Below are positions 60,304-64,000 of a stretch of 64,000 nt of DNA, piece after piece (the stretch's first letter is position 1; each line of letters starts with the position of its first letter). The translations under genes and the position numbers were made by a program. Origin of the DNA: Gammaproteobacteria bacterium. GTDB lineage: Bacteria > Pseudomonadota > Gammaproteobacteria > JAKDMP01. The notes below the pieces were generated by a model. The model made no database searches. It was not told the DNA's origin and saw nothing but the letters and a program-made list of their open reading frames with translations. The stretch spans positions 26,608-90,607 of the forward strand of contig JBOIBN010000001.1 of assembly GCA_050739575.1 (NCBI GenBank), given 5' to 3'.

Positions 60304-61125
60304 ATGGATGTCGGAACGGCCGGGAAAATCGGTAGGGTCCTTCCCCTGTTGCTCATTTTGGGATGGGCCGGGGCCCGCACGGCACAAGCCGCGCAGCCGG
60401 TGCTGGTCGAGCTTTTCACTTCCGAGGGTTGTTCATCGTGTCCGCCGGCCGATGCCTTGCTGCGTCGCCTGATTGCTTCCCAGCCCATCGCGGGGGTCCA
60501 GATTATCGGGCTCGAAGAACACGTGGATTACTGGAACGGACTCGGCTGGGCCGATCCATTCTCATCGCGACAGTTCACCCGCCGCCAGTACCAGTTTGCG
60601 TCGGCCTTGCACGAAAGCGCAGCGTACACGCCACAGATGGTGGTAGACGGACGGGTAGGTTTTGTCGGCAGCGATGCCAAGCGCGCTTTGTCCGCGATTG
60701 CCTCGGCACGCGACATACAGTTTGCAACCATTTCGCTTACCCGTGCGTATATAAAGCCGGGCGAAGTGAGAATGCGAATCGAGATGAAACGGCTTCCACC
60801 TAGCGCCTCCGACAGTCTTGCCGGGATCTGGTTGGCGGTCACCGAAGATCATCTTGCCAGCCAAATCACCGCCGGCGAGAACAACGGACGGCGACTGGTG
60901 CACGACGCCGTCGTACGGCGCCTTGAACTTATCGGCCGCATCGCCATAAACACCGGCACTTCGTTCACCGCCGCCCCGGTAATAGCGATAGCGCCCGGCT
61001 GGCGCAAGGACAACCTGAATGCGGTAGTTTTTGTGCAGGGCGCAACGAGTCGTCATATCCTTGGCGTCGCCAGCGTGACGCTGGGGCCATCGAAGAGTTC
61101 CGATCCATCACGAGGTGTCGAATGA
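60304..61125 (+). CDS. DUF1223 thioredoxin-like secreted protein
   Basis: Signal peptide, then VELFTSEGCSSCPPAD. Confidence 0.6.
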   Translation: MDVGTAGKIGRVLPLLLILGWAGARTAQAAQPVLVELFTSEGCSSCPPADALLRRLIASQPIAGVQIIGLEEHVDYWNGLGWADPFSSRQFTRRQYQFASALHESAAYTPQMVVDGRVGFVGSDAKRALSAIASARDIQFATISLTRAYIKPGEVRMRIEMKRLPPSASDSLAGIWLAVTEDHLASQITAGENNGRRLVHDAVVRRLELIGRIAINTGTSFTAAPVIAIAPGWRKDNLNAVVFVQGATSRHILGVASVTLGPSKSSDPSRGVE

Positions 61126-62333
61126 AACGTATAGGGATAATCACGGTCGTAGTTTTGGCCTGCGTCGTCGCCGTTGGCGCCGTCGCCTACGTAAAGGTGC
61201 CGGTTGTGCGCTATGTCCTGATGCCGATCACGGGAAGTACGCCGGCGCCGCAGAGTCTGCTGCCCACGGGCAACACGCAGACCACGGCCAGTGCGGCCGC
61301 AAGCGCCGCCCGGCCGCAACGCATTTTCTCCAACCAGACGCACACGGTGGCAAGCATCGCCGAGGTGCCCGCCGAGGGCGGCTGGATCAACTCAAAGCCG
61401 GTCGATCTCAAGCAACTGGAAAAGGAAGGCAACGTCATCCTGGTGGATTTCTGGACCTACACCTGCATCAACTGCATCCGCGCCAATCCCTTCGACGAGG
61501 TGTATTGGCAGCGCTACAAGGATCACGGTCTGGTCATCATCGGAGTAGCAAGTCCGGAGTTTGCCATCGAGGGCGTCCCCAAGAACGTGCTGATCGGCGT
61601 CGAGCAGGAAGGGCTCACCTATCCCATCCTGATGGATGCCGATATGAAAATCTGGGATAATTTCGGCAATCACTTCTGGCCCGGTAAGTACCTGATTAAC
61701 CCGCAAGGCCAGATCGTGTATCACAAGTTCGGCGAAGGTGGCTATGAGGAAGAGGAAAGCGTCATCCGCAAGGAACTCGTCAAGGCGGGTCATACCGATC
61801 TGCCGCCGGATCGCCCGCTCGACCCCAAGCTCGACCTGATCCCGGCCAATCGTAACCAAACCGAAGAGCTGTATGCGGGCCCTGGGTTCCTGCGCCAACC
61901 ACTAGGCAACACCCAGCAACCGCAGGCGGGCAAGACGACCGACTTCAAGCTGCCCGCGACACTCGGCGAGGACCGCATCTATCTGGGCGGCGAATGGAAA
62001 GGCGCCAACGATTATGACGAAAGCGCAGGTCAAGGCGTCATCGGCCTCAACTACATCGCGCAGGCGCCCTACGTGGTGCTCGATACCGCCGGCGGGTCGA
62101 AAAAGGTCGAGGTCACGCTCGACGGCAAGCCGCTGCCCCCGGAGTTTCGCGGCACCGACATCACGGTCACGGACGGCAAGACCTGGATGAACGTGACCGA
62201 GCCGCGCCTGTACTGGCCGATCGCCAACCGTGCGCCCTACGGCCGACACACGATCCGCTTTATGGTGCCGGCGGGCGTTCGTCTGTACTCGTTCACTTTC
62301 GGCACCTACCTGCCGCCGGGCAGCAGCGGCTGA
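61122..62333 (+). CDS. Membrane-anchored TlpA/redoxin-family thioredoxin with a C-terminal beta-sandwich domain (DipZ C-terminal-like)
   Basis: N-terminal TM segment, the VILVDFWTYTCINC CxxC motif, and a ~200-aa C-terminal domain. It has an ATGA overlap with the DUF1223 gene. Confidence 0.6.
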   Translation: MKRIGIITVVVLACVVAVGAVAYVKVPVVRYVLMPITGSTPAPQSLLPTGNTQTTASAAASAARPQRIFSNQTHTVASIAEVPAEGGWINSKPVDLKQLEKEGNVILVDFWTYTCINCIRANPFDEVYWQRYKDHGLVIIGVASPEFAIEGVPKNVLIGVEQEGLTYPILMDADMKIWDNFGNHFWPGKYLINPQGQIVYHKFGEGGYEEEESVIRKELVKAGHTDLPPDRPLDPKLDLIPANRNQTEELYAGPGFLRQPLGNTQQPQAGKTTDFKLPATLGEDRIYLGGEWKGANDYDESAGQGVIGLNYIAQAPYVVLDTAGGSKKVEVTLDGKPLPPEFRGTDITVTDGKTWMNVTEPRLYWPIANRAPYGRHTIRFMVPAGVRLYSFTFGTYLPPGSSG

Positions 62334-62439
62334 GGTAAGGACGACGCGGCGCGAAGCATGAACGTCGCCATGCGCTTCAGCACGACATGCCCTACGCCTC
62401 CGAAGCAAACATCACTTAGAAGAGTTGCTTCGTGCGTAC

Positions 62440-62535
62440 CGGAACGACGGTGCCCGGAGGTGCAAGACGGGTCCGGACTTGTACCGGACTCCTCGCCTCC
62501 GAGCAGTGAATGGATGAATTGATCAGGATCCCCTT
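62440..62535 (+). repeat. Intergenic repeat element, copy C (partial; 3' half of the copy A/B element)
   Basis: GTCCGGACTTGTACCGGAC...CGCCTCCGAGCAGTGAATGGATGAATTGATCAGG matches the hairpin and palindrome core of copies A and B. Confidence 0.5.
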
Positions 62536-62557
62536 AAAACTACTGCACGCCTTTTTG

Positions 62558-63487
62558 TCATTGGCTCAGAATGGCTATTCCGGATGGGAGCCCCGGCAAC
62601 CGCAAGGGAACACGCGTCTGCGGTTCGATGAGGCTATAACCGATCCGTTGCGCTCGCGCCTCATGACGCCGTGCGAGTCGCTTCCGTAACGCCGCAAGCG
62701 GACCGTGACGCCAGGAATCGAAGGAGGACGCATTCACATCGGCGCGAACCGGCTCCGCAGCGGAAACCGGGGGGAGCCCGAGAAACGCGAAAATTTCACT
62801 TAGCGCATCATCAGGGCTGGCGACAAAGTCCTCGTAGCGCAACACAAATGCACGTTTGATATGCGCCAGATCCGTTATGGCCCGCTCGTAACATAACAAA
62901 GGGTGTTCGAGATTCGGGCGCATTCTGCCCTTGCCCAACTCTTGGACGGCGCGCTCTATGGAAGTGGAATTTTTACCGCCGACTCCGTGGCGGATCGCAT
63001 AACGGAATTCTTTGCGGGTGGCGACGGCCAGCGCAATTGGATGTCTGAGGATAACGACAAACACGGAGTTCGGGAAAAGCGCCTGGAAAAAACGCATGCG
63101 CAACAGAGTCGGCGGAGACTTCTCGATCAAAAACCGCTTGCCGAGATCCCAGTACCGCCCCCACTCGCTGTATATCCTCGCAGCATTTTCCGCCGTCGCG
63201 AGAGGACTGTTCTCGTCAAGATGCGAGCGGGGATCGAACCCGAACCTCCCGATCCCACCGAATACATTGGCTGTAGGGATAACCGACTGCAGGTGTTGGC
63301 CCTCGTCGCGGGATACGCCCGTCCCGGCAAAGCAGCTTACTTCGGGATGTGCCCCCACCAGCCGGTACAAAAGAGAGGTGCCGCTCCGATGCAGACCGAC
63401 TACGAATATGAACGTTTTGTCCTGACTACTGCCCGGCGGCAATGGATCTTGAGGTATATGCATATTTTCAGTCACATTTTTCACCAT
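62558..63487 (-). CDS. Sulfotransferase family protein
   Basis: The PAPS-binding-like motif VVGLHRSGTSLL (5'-PSB), and a later RDP-type motif. Confidence 0.65.
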   Translation of the reverse strand: MVKNVTENMHIPQDPLPPGSSQDKTFIFVVGLHRSGTSLLYRLVGAHPEVSCFAGTGVSRDEGQHLQSVIPTANVFGGIGRFGFDPRSHLDENSPLATAENAARIYSEWGRYWDLGKRFLIEKSPPTLLRMRFFQALFPNSVFVVILRHPIALAVATRKEFRYAIRHGVGGKNSTSIERAVQELGKGRMRPNLEHPLLCYERAITDLAHIKRAFVLRYEDFVASPDDALSEIFAFLGLPPVSAAEPVRADVNASSFDSWRHGPLAALRKRLARRHEARAQRIGYSLIEPQTRVPLRLPGLPSGIAILSQ

Positions 63488-63596
63488 TCAGTTCCTTTGT
63501 CGAGTTATCATTACCCGGCCCGCATGATTGTGGCACGGCCGACAGCAATGTCTTGATCGTTCGGCAAAAAACTATACAATTTTCTGTCATGCCTCT

Positions 63597-64000
63597 TTAT
63601 GCCAACAATAATTTCCGGTATTTTCTAATAAAATCCGCCATCCCGAAATGCCGTTCCGCATAGGCGTACGCCTCCGCAGACAACCTTTTCAGCAACGCGG
63701 GATCCAGCAGTAGTTCTTCGATTCGCTTTATGCCCAGCGCGACCACTTCCTGTTCGTCTTCTACAGCTTCTATGAACAATACATTTTTTCCCTCCGTCAA
63801 ATGCATTTTATTGCCTTCCAACGCCGTAACGACAGGCACGCAGCCGAAGGCCATGCCCTCTTTGACGACCATGGGAAAGCCTTCCCATCTGGAAGTCAGA
63901 ATAACCACGTGACTGATCGAGTAGACCTCTTGCATCTTCTCGTAGCCATTTACCTCCCCGTATATGACCGAGTTATTTTTTACGGTTTCGGAGAGATCTT
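63597..64000 (-). CDS. Glycosyltransferase family 1, C-terminal part (gene continues beyond the window end)
   Basis: The GT-B C-terminal signature RWEGFPMVVKEGMAFGCVPVV. Confidence 0.6.
   Translation of the reverse strand, partial: DLSETVKNNSVIYGEVNGYEKMQEVYSISHVVILTSRWEGFPMVVKEGMAFGCVPVVTALEGNKMHLTEGKNVLFIEAVEDEQEVVALGIKRIEELLLDPALLKRLSAEAYAYAERHFGMADFIRKYRKLLLA

Overview
High-GC (about 65%) proteobacterial chromosome segment, most consistent with a beta- or gammaproteobacterium. Positions 1 to ~20941 are the right-hand ~21 kb of a Mu-like transposable prophage, and its left end lies outside the window. This part carries a Pe-like promoter, ner, an extra HTH gene, a MuA-family DDE transposase, a degenerate MuB-like gene, and then a complete Mu-type contractile-tail module. 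The tail module comprises a DUF2635-like gene, sheath, tube, a chaperone with a -1 frameshift site, tape measure, the N, P, gp45, gp46 and gp47 homologues, a gp48-fibre fusion, several fibre-region ORFs and a GH5-like hydrolase. It ends in a Mu-type right end with three transposase-binding repeats and a terminal CA. No head, lysis, Mor/C or Gin/Mom genes lie between B and the tail genes, so the element looks like a head-less, tail-only Mu derivative. The tail genes are fused directly behind the early operon. An antisense secreted moron sits between the tape measure and N genes. The rest of the window is core chromosome. It carries the leucine-catabolism liuBCDE-like operon, ddl, opgH with opgG-like and opgD-like genes, sppA, an FAD monooxygenase, a PLP decarboxylase, the rpsP-rimM-trmD-rplS operon, a large FG-GAP beta-propeller secreted protein with a C-terminal sorting-signal-like tail, ffh, panDCB, dNK, folK and pcnB. 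It also carries tRNA-Glu(CUC), a DsbC/G-like protein, a DsrE-like protein, a PQQ-propeller protein, an Asp beta-hydroxylase, tRNA-Gln(CUG), rpsI-rplM, a 2Fe-2S ferredoxin, a DUF481 outer-membrane protein, a glcF-like Fe-S protein translationally coupled to coq7, rpe, typA, DUF1223 and DipZ-like redoxins, a sulfotransferase and a partial glycosyltransferase. A ~160-bp intergenic repeat occurs three times, and one copy abuts the prophage end. No CRISPR array or rRNA gene was seen. Many long Arg-rich antisense ORFs in the six-frame track are GC artefacts. Coordinates I derived by hand may be off by 1-3 nt.
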